A stretch of DNA of 63,213 nt, filler included, from Octopus bimaculoides (lineage: Eukaryota): assembly GCF_001194135.2 (NCBI RefSeq). It is 6 parts of 6 records of this genome, joined end to end, with 100 filler letters (N's around TTAATTAATTAA, not from the genome) between each part and the next. Parts side by side here need not be neighbours in the genome. Positions count along the whole stretch, not along the records: positions 1 to 28,454 come from NC_068984.1; 5 more parts are not named here. One strand, given 5' to 3'. Below the pieces are notes generated by a model that was not told the DNA's origin, searched no databases, and worked only from the letters and a program-made list of their open reading frames with translations. Numbering within the stretch: position 1 is the first letter of the stretch; every line of letters begins with the position of its first letter. Below, piece after piece: positions 1 to 10,900 of this stretch. Made by a program: the position numbers and the translations under genes.

Positions 1-218
1 TTACTTTTCATTATGAGATAAAAAAAACCAAGGCTGTGTATAATATAGAACATTTATAAATAGAAGGTCTTACAGCTGTTTCCAGGATATTTATTATATC
101 CTTATGTATGCATATGTATATATATATACATATTAAATATATAGGGTTGCGAGTTTTTTGAAATTTCACCACCAGTGGCCTAGCATGTATAAAAAAGTCA
201 ATAGACAACATATTTTCA

Positions 219-754
219 ATATAAAATAGTGTACATTTAAACACAAGAGAAGCTGCCTTTAACAGGCAGCTTTACACGCTAGAAGAAGCAGTCAAAACGA
301 CATTTAAGAGCAATTTTGAATTTACCTTGTTATTTTTACAGTCATACCTAGGTTTCAAATTTTATTTAGCAAATAAATTTGCCAGGCGAAATTCTCATTA
401 GTGACTGTGCCATAACATTAACATATAATTTAGAGACAAATAACATGTGTCTCATCATTATATATAATAATTTTTCAAATTCACCGCGCCATAACATTAA
501 CATTATATATTAACATTATATGTTAATGTTACGGCGTGGTCACAGATGAGAATTTCACCTAGCAAATTATTTTATTTGCTAAATAAAATTCGAAATCTAG
601 GTATGACCATAAAAATAACAAGGTAAAGTTTTTATTTTTCATTCCCTTCGAAATTGCTCTTAAATGTGGTTTTGGTCGTTATGACTGCTTCTAGCATGTA
701 AAGCTGCCTGTTAAAGACAGCTTCTCTTGTATTTAAATGTACGCTATTTTATAT
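219..754. mobile_element. Foldback/palindromic MITE with ~200-bp imperfect inverted arms
   Basis: The left arm ATATAAAATAGTGTACATTTAAACACAAGAGAAGCTGCCTTTAACAGGCAGCTTTACACGCTAGAAG... is mirrored by ...CTTCTAGCATGTAAAGCTGCCTGTTAAAGACAGCTTCTCTTGTATTTAAATGTACGCTATTTTATAT. No coding capacity. Confidence 0.8.
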
Positions 755-897
755 ATTTATATATATATATATATCTATATTATACTAGCAATGCCCCCTG
801 GCATTGTCCTGGTGTTATGACCTACAGCCACATTGTATTAGTTGTTCCTTTCTTATGGGCAGAGTTGGCATATGAAGAGTATGAAGCAAACAACGCT

Positions 898-1046
898 GCA
901 GTTTCCATCTACCAAATTCAGTCACAAGTCTGTGGTTGGTCTAGGGCTACAGTAGAAAACACTTGCCCAAGGTACCATGCATAGGGATTGAACGCAGAAC
1001 CATGTGATTGGGAAGCAAACTTCTTGACCACGTAGTCATTCTTGCA
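898..1046 (-). mobile_element. tRNA-derived SINE fragment (abundant octopus-type family)
   Basis: Shares the core GTTTCCATCTACCAAATTCACTCACAAGGCTTTGGT...CACTTGCCCAAGGT...GGGA(C/T)TGAAC with many other copies in the window. Confidence 0.75.
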
Positions 1047-2319
1047 TGTGATGTGTGTGTGTGTGTGTATTTACATTTGTTGTTAAATCAAGTATTGTGT
1101 CCCACTACATCTCAAAGTTAGCAATTCATCAAGCAGAGATCTATAAAATACATGACAGACTGAAATACGCACTGAGGTCAGTATGAGCAATTAAATTTTT
1201 GAAGGTGATACCCCATCATGGTGACAATCGAAAGACTAAACTCAGTAAAATAATGCTTAAAGCCTTAATGGCTTCAAATTTAAGGTAATGGATTACTAAC
1301 CACAAGATAATGAGTTCAAAACTACACATTGAACTTCTACTCTATACGATAACGCTGTATGTACATTTCAATCTACTTGACTTCCAACAATTAACAATTG
1401 TCATTTGAAGTTGAATGGTTAACAGTAAGAAAGATTTCTTAAAAAATTATTGTGCAAAATATTCTGAGAAAAAGTTTTTTTCACCACACAAAACACACAT
1501 ATACAGGTGCCTCTGTGGTAACTTGAGCTACTACAAATAGTAGCCAAATCTGTCTTAAAACACACCCTTTCATCAAAAGAAAGACACAGATTTACAGTAT
1601 TTCAGGAAGAAAAAAACAACTATGGGATGGGTCTGCTTCATTAGAGGCAACTCTGAGCTAAACAAAACACAGACAAACATACTTCACATTAAAAAGTTAT
1701 CTATTAAATATTATTAATAAAGTTGATGGTATATCTTTGAAGTTTCATTCCCTGATAAAACTCCATGTATTTTAATCATTTTCTCATTATATTCTATCTA
1801 ACACAGTGTTTCCCAAACTTTTTGTGCCAAATTGCAATATTGCCCACCTATCAGCCAAAAAATGCTCCGTCACCTACTTGTGTAAAAAAAAAAAAANNNN
1901 NNNNNNNNNNNNNNNNNNNNNNNNNNNNNNNNNNNNNNNNNNNNNNNNNNNNNNNNNNNNNNNNNNNNNNNNNNNNNNNNNNNNNNNNNNNNNNNNNNNN
2001 NNNNNNNNNNNNNNNNNCCCTAGGATCCCCACCCCTTGTATCATTTGACACATTATATCATAGATTCATTGCCATGTTAGTGCCATTTGCGCTAAATATG
2101 CGGTTGTTTACAAATCCCTTATTGTAGGTTTAGTTTTGCCATTAGTATGAACAAAATTCTAACATTAACTCTATATAATGCAGATAGATTAAATTCTTGA
2201 AAGTTGCACTTTCTTTTACACTGATTTTCATTATCCCCAAATGAACCATTGATCAGAACTGCCAAAGCAAAAATAATTAATGATTGTCTTATAAAGGAAA
2301 AGAATAAAACTTTTTAATG

Positions 2320-3902
2320 AGAACCATGTGTCTGATGCAATGCAGCTAGTGCAGATACATTCAGTTTCAAACTTGTCAACTTTAGCCCCAAGTCTCTTCA
2401 TTGCATCACATCCAATTCAATTCTTTTATGAGAAAATAAAGTTCCAACATGGCTAAAACCAGATTCAACCAGGTATGCAGTAGGAAAGGCAAGCAAAAGT
2501 AATTTCAGATGTTTCTACAGATTGGGATACTTCTTTGCCATTATGGCGATATCACATTGTGGCGTCATTGTCATTTTGTAATTCTGTCAATTTCTCCTGA
2601 ACATCATCTTTGCAATCAACTGCATCAACCTCAAACAGATTGCTATACCAATTTGGAATATTCAGCACAATAACATCTTGAAATTGCTCCACCAATTATT
2701 GTGCAATGATTGTAATTAGTTACGATATGTAGTTAAATCCTCATCAACCAATTCATCTTTCAAAGTATCAAGTTGTGGAAATTGATGGAATTGACGTTTT
2801 CAAATGGTAGTCTTATACAGCACCAATTTCAAAATGAAGGTAGTGATAAATGATTTACAATCAGCGAGAGTTTTTCTGTTTCCTTGTAATAACTTATTCA
2901 AATCATTATGGTATAAGAGTTTAGTATAGTCCTCGTCATTTCTCAGCCGGAGTTGATGGAAAATTCAATCAGACAAGGGACTGGACTTCAATTTTTTCAC
3001 AGTCCTGATAACTAACTGTAGTGATCATTCAATCTACTATTCATATTTTTTGCCACTAAATGCTGCTGGTGTGCTAAGCAATGAACAGTTAGTATCTGGT
3101 GGGAAATTTCACGATTTGGGAGAGATGAAAAACCCTTGTATCTTTCTATCATTGAAGGGGCTCCATCAGATGCACAGGCAAGAATATTACTGAGTGGGAT
3201 ATTATGTCCAAAAAGGAAAGACTTGAGAGTGTGAAAAATAATTGCACCTTTTGAATCAATTGGCAATCTCTCTGTGAACAGCATTTCCTCACAAGGTTGA
3301 AGGTCTTCATTGAAATATCGAATACATACCATCATCAAACATTGATTGTCCACAGCAGTTGACTTATCCACTTGTATAGAAAATTCAGAACTCTGGAGAA
3401 TATTAATGAGCTGATGTTTGACATCGTTGGCCATTTCATCGATGCGTCGAGAAATCGTGCTATTGCTAAGCGGAATGTTCTTCATAATGTTATCGGATTT
3501 TTCGTGCATAACGGTTGACAAAATCTCTTCAATAATCGGGCGAAGTAATGTCTCTCCAATAGTATGAGATTTCCCAGACTTAACAACAAGCAATCCAATG
3601 TTGCACTATACAATCAACCCGTCATTCTCCTGTTTACTATTTTCCTGGAGTAGCATGTTGAATGTTTGTGTTTGCTTTTTGAAAGAGGAGCTCAGTTGCA
3701 AAAAGTATGACATCTTGTCCTTATTGTCAGTATGCTTTGCATGAAAGTGATACTTCAAGCGTGAAGGTTTCATTGCTTCATTGGTAAATGTTTGATGGCA
3801 AAGAAGGCACATTGGTAACTGACAGTCTTGAGGAGAGGGAATAAATCCAAATGATAGATAATCATTACTGTACCGTCAACAAATTTTCTTGACTGGAAGC
3901 AT
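2320..3902 (-). pseudogene. hAT Buster-type transposase pseudogene (stops, frameshifts, internal deletion)
   Basis: Fragments read: MLPVKKIC*RYSNDYLSFGF...CLLCHQTFTNEAMKPSRLKYH (BED-like zinc finger); KSHTIGETL...IPLSNSTISRRI...FSIQVDKSTAV...CASDGAPSM...HCLAHQQHL; C-terminal LAFPTAYLVESGFSHV. These are typical Buster/ZBED5 motifs. Confidence 0.9.
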
Positions 3903-4515
3903 CAGTAAAGTGAAAATGTGAAAACAAATTTCAACAGATGGCATCAGAAAGGCAGTATGGTCAATTGAGCAGAGTCAGATGACAGGTCTTTACTGGAGCA
4001 AATATAGATCTAGTTCGTTTGGCTGCCAACATTTCAAACATTAAAGTTTATCGAAAATTTTAAAATTTGGCACATTAATGTACCTTTCCATGCTAAATTA
4101 CTAGAGTCATTCAACTTTTTCCAGAAAAATGTTTTTATAAAGTTACAGAGGTTTAAAGTTTGATCATTTTCACCCAATCAAGAAACATGATTTCAAAGCT
4201 GTCATTTTGCACGTGACTGCACATTTTGTCAACATCCTGAAAATAGCACTTGTGTTTTGATATGAAACCACAGAATTACGCACGGCATATAACCCCTCAT
4301 AACTTTTTTATTTTTCGGAGTTTTCAGAAAATGTTTGCGAATTTGAATTCGATACGCAGGACTTAATATGATTATGTGAAACAAAAAATTTTTAATGGAG
4401 TGTGATTTAAGGCCTAGGCCTATTTGGCTGCTATTTTTAGCATGCATGACAACCATCTCAATGACTGCAACAAAAATATTCGATCAATAAATTCTGCTTT
4501 TTTAATACAAAGAGA

Positions 4516-5039
4516 GGATCTTTTCCTTTTGATCGGCAGGTTGATAAATTAATTTCGAACTTCGTATACTGGTAGATTTGTTTTTGTTGCCAAAAACGCA
4601 GCTTTTCAGATACGGAGATTCCGGAAAATTGTCAAGAATCGGAATTTTGAAATTTTTTGCACCCCCTTACCCCTCCCCCTCCAATTTCTTCATTTATCCC
4701 TTCTTTCCGTAACCCTAACCCTAAAACCCCAACCCTAACACCCTAACCCTAACCCTAAAACCTTAAAGCTAAAACCAGTACAAATGCACGAATGATGACA
4801 GTGACAAACGAAATATACACTGCCGATAGTTGTTGTTGACAAACAACAGCAGTAATTTTATTCAGCTGAATACACGTCATTGATTGGTTGAAATTACCGA
4901 AATACAATAACTTCAACATGAAATAACTCCGTAATTAGAAACTTTTCTCAACAATGCTAAGAGTAAAATGTCTGAAGTTGGAAAGTGTTTAGTTAAAAAT
5001 AACTAATTTATCGACCTGCCAATCAAAAGGAAAAGATCC
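4516..5039. mobile_element. Merlin-like MITE (GGATC termini, 36-bp TIR) nested in the hAT element
   Basis: Left TIR GGATCTTTTCCTTTTGATCGGCAGGTTGATAAATTA; right TAATTTATCGACCTGCCAATCAAAAGGAAAAGATCC (2 mismatches). The 8-bp flanks are imperfect: CAAAGAGA / CAAAGGAA. Confidence 0.75.
4710..4776 (-). repeat. Degenerate interstitial telomere-like (CCCTAA)n tract inside the MITE
   Basis: TAACCCTAACCCTAAAACCCCAACCCTAACACCCTAACCCTAACCCTAAAACCTTAAAGCTAAAACC. Confidence 0.8.
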
Positions 5040-5394
5040 CAAAGGAAAAGATCTCATGCGAGTAGTCAAATTAATAAAAGTGCATTCTTATTCTAGGCAT
5101 GCCTAGATATCAGTAAATGCAGACTTAATTTCTAAAAATTCATTGTCACCCACAAAATGTTCATATCACCCACCAAAATCTCAAATCGCCCACCATTTTC
5201 TGGAAATTCCTACCTGTAAGTTGAAATCGTCCACCAGTGAGTGATATCGCCCACTTTGGGAAGCTATGGTTCAGATATAAAAAGGCTAATTTAGAGAACT
5301 AAATCCAATTTTTAGCAACCACTCTGCTTCTCTTATTGGTAGGGCATTATATGCCCTTCCAGCTAAACATTTCTTAGGATGCTTTGAGGAAGTG

Positions 5395-5850
5395 TATCAT
5401 CATCATTTTTAACATCTGTTTTTCATGCTAGTATGGGTTGAATGGTTTGACAGGAGCTGGCCAGCTGAAGAGCTGCCCAGGCTTCATGTCTGTTTTGGTA
5501 TGGTTTCTATGGCTGGTTGCCTTTCCTAACACTAACCACTTTACAGAGTGTACTGGGTGCTTTTATGCTGCACTGGTACAGGTGCCTTTATACGGCACCA
5601 GCATCCACAAGCCTGCAAGATTAGGATCACTCAGCTGAAAAAGAATGCAGGGGACATACCTGTATGCAAGGACAGCCATGATTTTATTTAGCTTTATATG
5701 TTGTCTCGGGCACAACAAACTGGCACAAATCTCAGTCCCTTGTCAGTCCCTCTGTGACTTTGTCCCACATCTTCTTCAGTCTATCCTTTCTACACATTCC
5801 CTTCACAATTAGAGATCAGCACTTCTTGATACAGCTGTCTTCATTGCAAG
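5395..5850 (-). mobile_element. RTE-LINE 3' end / tail fragment
   Basis: Begins with (CAT)n and matches the 3' tail family also seen at 10612, 26600, 44145, 47582 and 56118. Confidence 0.65.
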
Positions 5851-7011
5851 AGAACTTTTAGAAAATCAGCAAGCTATTGCTGAGTTAAGGTTATTTTATC
5901 AATAACAAATATTACACCTTTTATATTATACTAATAATGCACAGATGTGGTTGTGTTGTTAAGAAGCCTGCATTGAAACTTTGTTATTTTGAGTTAAATC
6001 TGCTTGTACATTACCTCAGGTATCTTGTATTTATAAAAACTAGTGCAATGTTAATTCTCTACCAGATTGGCAGGATCTACAGCACAAATCTTAAACTCTG
6101 ATTTTTATTATATTTAAGGAGATAGAAAAAGACATATCTCTCTCTCTCTCCTCTTATGCATGAAAAGTTAGAGAACAGTAAATATTTATAAGGAACAAGT
6201 TTGTAATTAGAAAATGGAACATGGCAACAAATATAAGTAGTTTTAAGACATTATCAAGAAATCACTGAGGATTTATTATACAATCTAATCATCTTTTCAT
6301 GAATACAGACAGGTGCAAGTGTGGGTGTGCAGTTAGAAGTTTGCTTCCCAACCGCACGGTTCTGGGTCCAATACCACTTTAAGCAAGTGTCTTCTCCTAT
6401 AGCCCTGGACCATCCAAAGTTTTGTGAGTGGATGATGTGGTAGACAGAAATTGAAGAAAGCCCATCATGTGCGTGTGTGCGTGTGTCCTACTGTCTCCTC
6501 ACCATGACATTGTGAGGTAGTTGTAAGCTATCATCTATGAAAAACACATCTGGTCATGGACAAATATTAGCTTGCTTGGAAACAGTTGAGGGTTGTGACA
6601 GGAAGGCCATCCAGCCACAGAAAATCCACCTCCACAAAATTCCATTCTGGGTTCAGTGCCACTGCATGGCACCTTGGGAAAGTCTGTTCTTCTATAGCCT
6701 TGGGCTGACCAAAGCCTTGTGAGTGGATTTGGTCAATGGAAACTGAAGGAAGCCCACCGTATGTGTGTTACTGTCTCATTGACATCGTGTGATAGTTGTA
6801 ACCTATCATCTGTTAAAAAAACGTCTGCTAATGTGCAGATATTACCTTACTTGGAAACAGGTGAGGGTTGGTGACAAGGGGAGATAGAAAATCCGCCTCC
6901 ACAAAATTCCGTCTGACCCAAGTGACCATGAAAAAGCGGATGCTGATACATATAATATTCACACAATGTACATCATATCCTCAGGAGGTGGACCTCATAT
7001 CCATTACCAGG

Positions 7012-7131
7012 TAGGGCCGTCTTAGCAGCCTTATAAATCCCAGGACAAATCAGTGCACAAGGACTTGGGCCCACAGACCTGTGGAACCCCTGGGTAACTG
7101 CCTAGTGTGCTCATTCCTGAAGACGGCACTG
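7012..7131. mobile_element. 120-bp hAT-type (Tip100-like) MITE
   Basis: TIRs TAGGGCCGTCTT ... AAGACGGCACTG; 8-bp TSD TTACCAGG / TTGCCAGG (1 mismatch). Confidence 0.8.
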
Positions 7132-8156
7132 TTGCCAGGAAGTATTAACAACGCTATCTGATTTTTTTTTCATGCTTTTAGAATAGTAAACTCAGCTGTG
7201 AGCGTTTGTAGTTCTCCAATTTGAGGATAAATATATTTACTATGCTGCTTCTAACCGCCACAATTAAGAGCCATAGTGTCTGCCTTTCCGTTCACCTTAA
7301 TAGGTGTTGCAAAAAGTCATGAACGCCTCCGTCCTTCGTACTATGACAAAAGAAAGCCAGCAAAAGAAAAAACAAAAACACTTCGGTGCGTTTCTGATAG
7401 TACATAGCTTTCCAATATATGTCAACTGTAAACCAATGAGAAAGCTTCTACGTAGTCATTTGACTTGCTGACCTGCTAGAAATGACCGTCAAATCTTCGT
7501 TAAATCACATCTTAGCGTCTTAACGGAATTGGACAGACATATTGAAAATAGTGGTTCTATATAACATTGAAAAATGAACGGAATGGTCAAAGCTTTGCAC
7601 ATAGGTGACCGGGAAAACACCTGTTCTGGTCAGGTAAATATTTTCACTTTCATGAAGACCTAAAGACGAAGAAGCACTAAAAATGGCATTGATCAAAGTT
7701 GGAACACTTTTGACTAAAGGCCAACTTTGGGCTAAATGCCAATAATAGTACTATAACATCACCCCTTTCAGAAACATCTTAGCATCACATACTTCTCATT
7801 TACCAAATCAATTAAAAGTTCAACCTTTAAACCTATAGCTTCGAAAAGTCGATAGAATCCAGTTGATCTTGTCTTTTAGCCATCGCTCAGCCTTGACCGA
7901 GCAGGTTTACGATCAGAGGTATTCCAGCAGTGATTATTTAGTTGTTGTTTTTTATCTGCGTGTAGGAAACCTATGACTACATTAGTCAATGAGTTCCTTT
8001 TCTAAGGCAGTGTGGCATGATTTGAGGGAAATTTGGCAATTATTTCAAGCAGATCGAAAACCCAGCTTGAGGTTGTACCCTCGTTGGCTCATGCCATATC
8101 TAGTGTTACATATATTATCAAAGTTAGCATTTCATCGGTTATCTTCCGAGACATAC

Positions 8157-8237
8157 CCAGTAATGTTTTCCAACGAAGTAACGCTTAAACAAAATGCAGT
8201 TAACTTGTTGATCTAACGCCGATTTTAGTCGGAACAT
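8157..8237 (-). CDS. Candidate first coding exon of an unknown divergent gene (MFRLKSALDQQVNCILFKRYFVGKHYW)
   Basis: ATG at 8237, then 27 open codons ending exactly at a GTATGT donor in phase 0. The peptide is basic and presequence-like. I recognise no homology. Confidence 0.35.
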
Positions 8238-8689
8238 GTTTCAGTGATAACATTAGTTTAACACCGCAAATATCACATTTGGCTGCTGTGTATATTTTTC
8301 GAATCATTATTTCATATCGGTAAGATCGGTGTTCTTAACTTTAGCGTTTTGCACTTGACCTAACAATTCCTCCTCTTCAAAGAACGAGGAAGCTTTTACG
8401 TAATCGCTCGTTCTTCTGTAAATAGTTGCTAAATCTCTCCGAATCGCACTTCGCTGTCTTGAAAAAAAAAAGAATGAAAACAGACAAATTGGGATAAGGT
8501 TCTCTGTTGAAAGATATTCAAGCAAAATAATGAAAGCCTCAGTTATATAATGTTTAACTTTTTTTAAATGTGAAATACTGATTTTTGAAGATGAAAATAT
8601 AATCACAAATGCAAACAAAATGTATTTATACAGTTTAATGCAAAAGATATATATTTATGCACTTAAATTTACATCTCTTATAGGGTGAC

Positions 8690-8800
8690 GTTAGCACGCC
8701 GGACGAAGTGCTTTGCGCTATTTTGTCTGCCGTTACGCTCTGAGTTCGAAATTCCGCCGAGGTCGACTTTGCCTTTCGATTAAATAAGTACTAGTTACGT
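8690..8800 (+). mobile_element. tRNA-derived SINE (second family) fragment
   Basis: CGTTAGCACGCCGGACGAAGTGCTT...GAGTTCGAAATTCCGCCGAGGTCGACTTTGCCTTTC; a related copy lies in reverse orientation at about 37020-37140. Confidence 0.65.
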
Positions 8801-10019
8801 CCTTGTTTGGGTAAATTTTTATATTGACACCCGCACGATTTTCACCAAGAAAAAAAAATAATAACTCGGATTTATTGCGTAGAATCAAGTACCCTGACCT
8901 CCTAATATGCTGCAAATCCCTTATTTTGGTTCGGAAAAAAGTGGGGAGGCGAGGGGGATATATTTAATAATGAACCATCTAATTCACAGTGGAAAATTTA
9001 TTTCTGTTAAATTTTTTTTTTTTGTTAAACACTGAATGTTTTTGAAAGATACTATATTTTATCATCAGAATATATATACTTTCTCTCCCAACAATTAAGA
9101 TATATTTATTTTAAATCGTTNNNNNNNNNNNNNNNNNNNNNNNNNNNNNNNNNNNNNNNNNNNNNNNNNNNNNNNNNNNNNNNNNNNNNNNNNNNNNNNN
9201 NNNNNNNNNNNNNNNNNNNNNNNNNNNNNNNNNNNNNNNNNNNNNNNNNNNNNNNNNNNNNNNNNNNNNNNNNNNNNNNNNNNNNNNNNNNNNNNNNNNN
9301 NNNNNNNNNNNNNNNNNNNNNNNNNNNNNNNNNNNNNNNNNNNNNNNNNNNNNNNNNNNNNNNNNNNNNNNNNNNNNNNNNNNNNNNNNNNNNNNNNNNN
9401 NNNNNNNNNNNNNNNNNNNNNNNNNNNNNNNNNNNNNNNNNNNNNNNNNNNNNNNNNNNNNNNNNNNNNNNNNNNNNNNNNNNNNNNNNNNNNNNNNNNN
9501 NNNNNNNNNNNNNNNNNNNNNNNNNNNNNNNNNNNNNNNNNNNNNNNNNNNNNNNNNNNNNNNNNNNNNNNNNNNNNNNNNNNNNNNNNNNNNNNNNNNN
9601 NNNNNNNNNNNNNNNNNNNNNNNNNNNNNNNNNNNNNNNNNNNNNNNNNNNNNNNNNNNNNNNNNNNNNNNNNNNNNNNNNNNNNNNNNNNNNNNNNNNN
9701 NNNNNNNNNNNNNNNNNNNNNNNNNNNNNNNNNNNNNNNNNNNNNNNNNNNNNNNNNNNNNNNNNNNNNNNNNNNNNNNNNNNNNNNNNNNNNNNNNNNN
9801 NNNNNNNNNNNNNNNNNNNNNNNNNNNNNNNNNNNNNNNNNNNNNNNNNNNNNNNNNNNNNNNNNNNNNNNNNNNNNNNNNNNNNNNNNNNNNNNNNNNN
9901 NNNNNNNNNNNNNNNNNNNNNNNNNNNNNNNNNNNNNNNNNNNNNNNNNNNNNNNNNNNNNNNNNNNNNNNNNNNNNNNNNNNNNNNNNNNNNNNNNNNN
10001 NNNNNNNNNNNNNNNNNAG

Positions 10020-10292
10020 TCCATGCAACAAAATAGTAAATTGGGGATCTACAATACCATTTTAAGAGCCCCCCCCCAAAAAAATTGCTATTGGTATGTA
10101 TTGCAAGTAACAGCTTGGTTTCTTTTTCTAACGTTTCACACAGTTCAGCCTACACAATATGTGAAACAAAATAGGAGTTTTGAAAGAAGTTTCTATAAAA
10201 CTAGTTTTTAAACATCAAATGGTTATGGGGGGTCCATTAGAATAAAATAGTAATCAAAGGGGTAAAAAAAAAAAATTTTTTGAGAACTCCTG
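10020..10292. mobile_element. Right end of a hAT Charlie/Buster-type element
   Basis: Ends in TGAGAACTCCTG (reverse complement CAGGAGTTCTCA), followed by the NNNTANNN-type flank GCTTAGAG. The left end is probably in the 9121-10017 gap. Confidence 0.45.
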
Positions 10293-10611
10293 GCTTAGAG
10301 GGAAAAAATTCTGATCTTTGTTTGCAAGCAGGGAACACCAGAGGCTGTTTTGGTCTACTCCATTAAAAACAAATAAATTAAGGAAATATATTTAACAAAT
10401 TTTTTTTAGGACTCAATGACTTAAGATATTTCATAGGGATCAGTTAACTATTTTACAATTGTTTTGTAAGAACTTTTGTATCTTTATGCGGTTGTGTTGG
10501 ACAGTTCTCAGGTCAACTCTGATCAAACAGATCTGTCATTAAAAGCATCCTGACCATGATCATCCCGTAATTTTCTTAGGTACAGTACCATAAAGATATC
10601 ATAACCAAACC

Positions 10612-10900
10612 GTCAATGGCACCTGTGCCCAGCATCGCCTTCCTGGCACTTGTGCCGGATGGCACGTGTAAAGACATTCGAGCGAGATTGTTCCCAGTAC
10701 TGCCTGACTGGTCTTCGTGCCAGTGGCACGTAAAAGCACCCACTACACTCTCGGAGTGGTTGTGTTAGGAAGGACATCCAGCTGTAGAAACTCTGCCAAA
10801 TCAGATTGGAACCTGGTGTAGCCATCTGGTTTCACCAGTCCTCAGTCAAATCGTCCAACCCATGCTAGCATGGAAAGCGGACGTTAAACGACGATGATGA
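10612..10900 (+). mobile_element. RTE-LINE 3' tail copy ending in (GAT)n
   Basis: ...GTAAAAGCACCCACTACACTCTCGGAGTGG...CATGCTAGCATGGAAAGCGGACGTTAAACGACGATGATGA; highly similar to 47582-47877. Confidence 0.8.

Larger units (their letters stand above)
1804..5268 (-). mobile_element. Degenerate hAT (Buster/Charlie, ZBED5/SCAND3-like) DNA transposon
   Basis: Termini are CAGTGTTTCCCAAACT (1804) and the reverse complement CATAGCTTCCCAAAGT (5268). Five ATC(G/A)CCCACC-like subterminal motifs lie at 5140-5255. A broken transposase lies inside. The 8-bp flanks (ATCTAACA / GTTCAGAT) do not match as a TSD, so the two ends may not belong to one insertion. Confidence 0.7.
7200..9100. promoter_or_regulatory. 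CpG-retaining region, candidate ITPA promoter (possibly bidirectional)
   Basis: CpG is visibly frequent here compared with the CpG-poor flanks. The region contains a strong + strand donor (ATCG|GTAAGA, 8319/8320) and a - strand donor (8157/8156). ITPA needs an upstream non-coding exon because a splice acceptor lies 6 nt before its ATG. Assessed by eye, not computed. Confidence 0.45.

Noticed and set aside
1796-5276. Treating the hAT element as one intact insertion with a TSD
   Set aside because: The flanking 8-mers differ and the transposase is heavily disrupted, so it is not an active or domesticated ZBED gene.
7621-7659. - strand 39-nt exon-like segment (GLHESENIYLTRT) with a good acceptor
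   Set aside because: Phase 1-1 is incompatible with the 0>2>2 chain of the candidate divergent gene, and the donor is weak.
8307-8618. - strand ORF with a protein-like tail (RQRSAIRRDLATIY...EEEELL) behind a T-rich acceptor-like site
   Set aside because: No recognisable homology or upstream exon, and it overlaps the likely ITPA first intron. Not supportable without RNA data.
9095-10031. Long ORFs composed of X (also near 22152, 32331, 36150, 44222, 47118 and 61962)
   Set aside because: Artefacts of translating N gaps.
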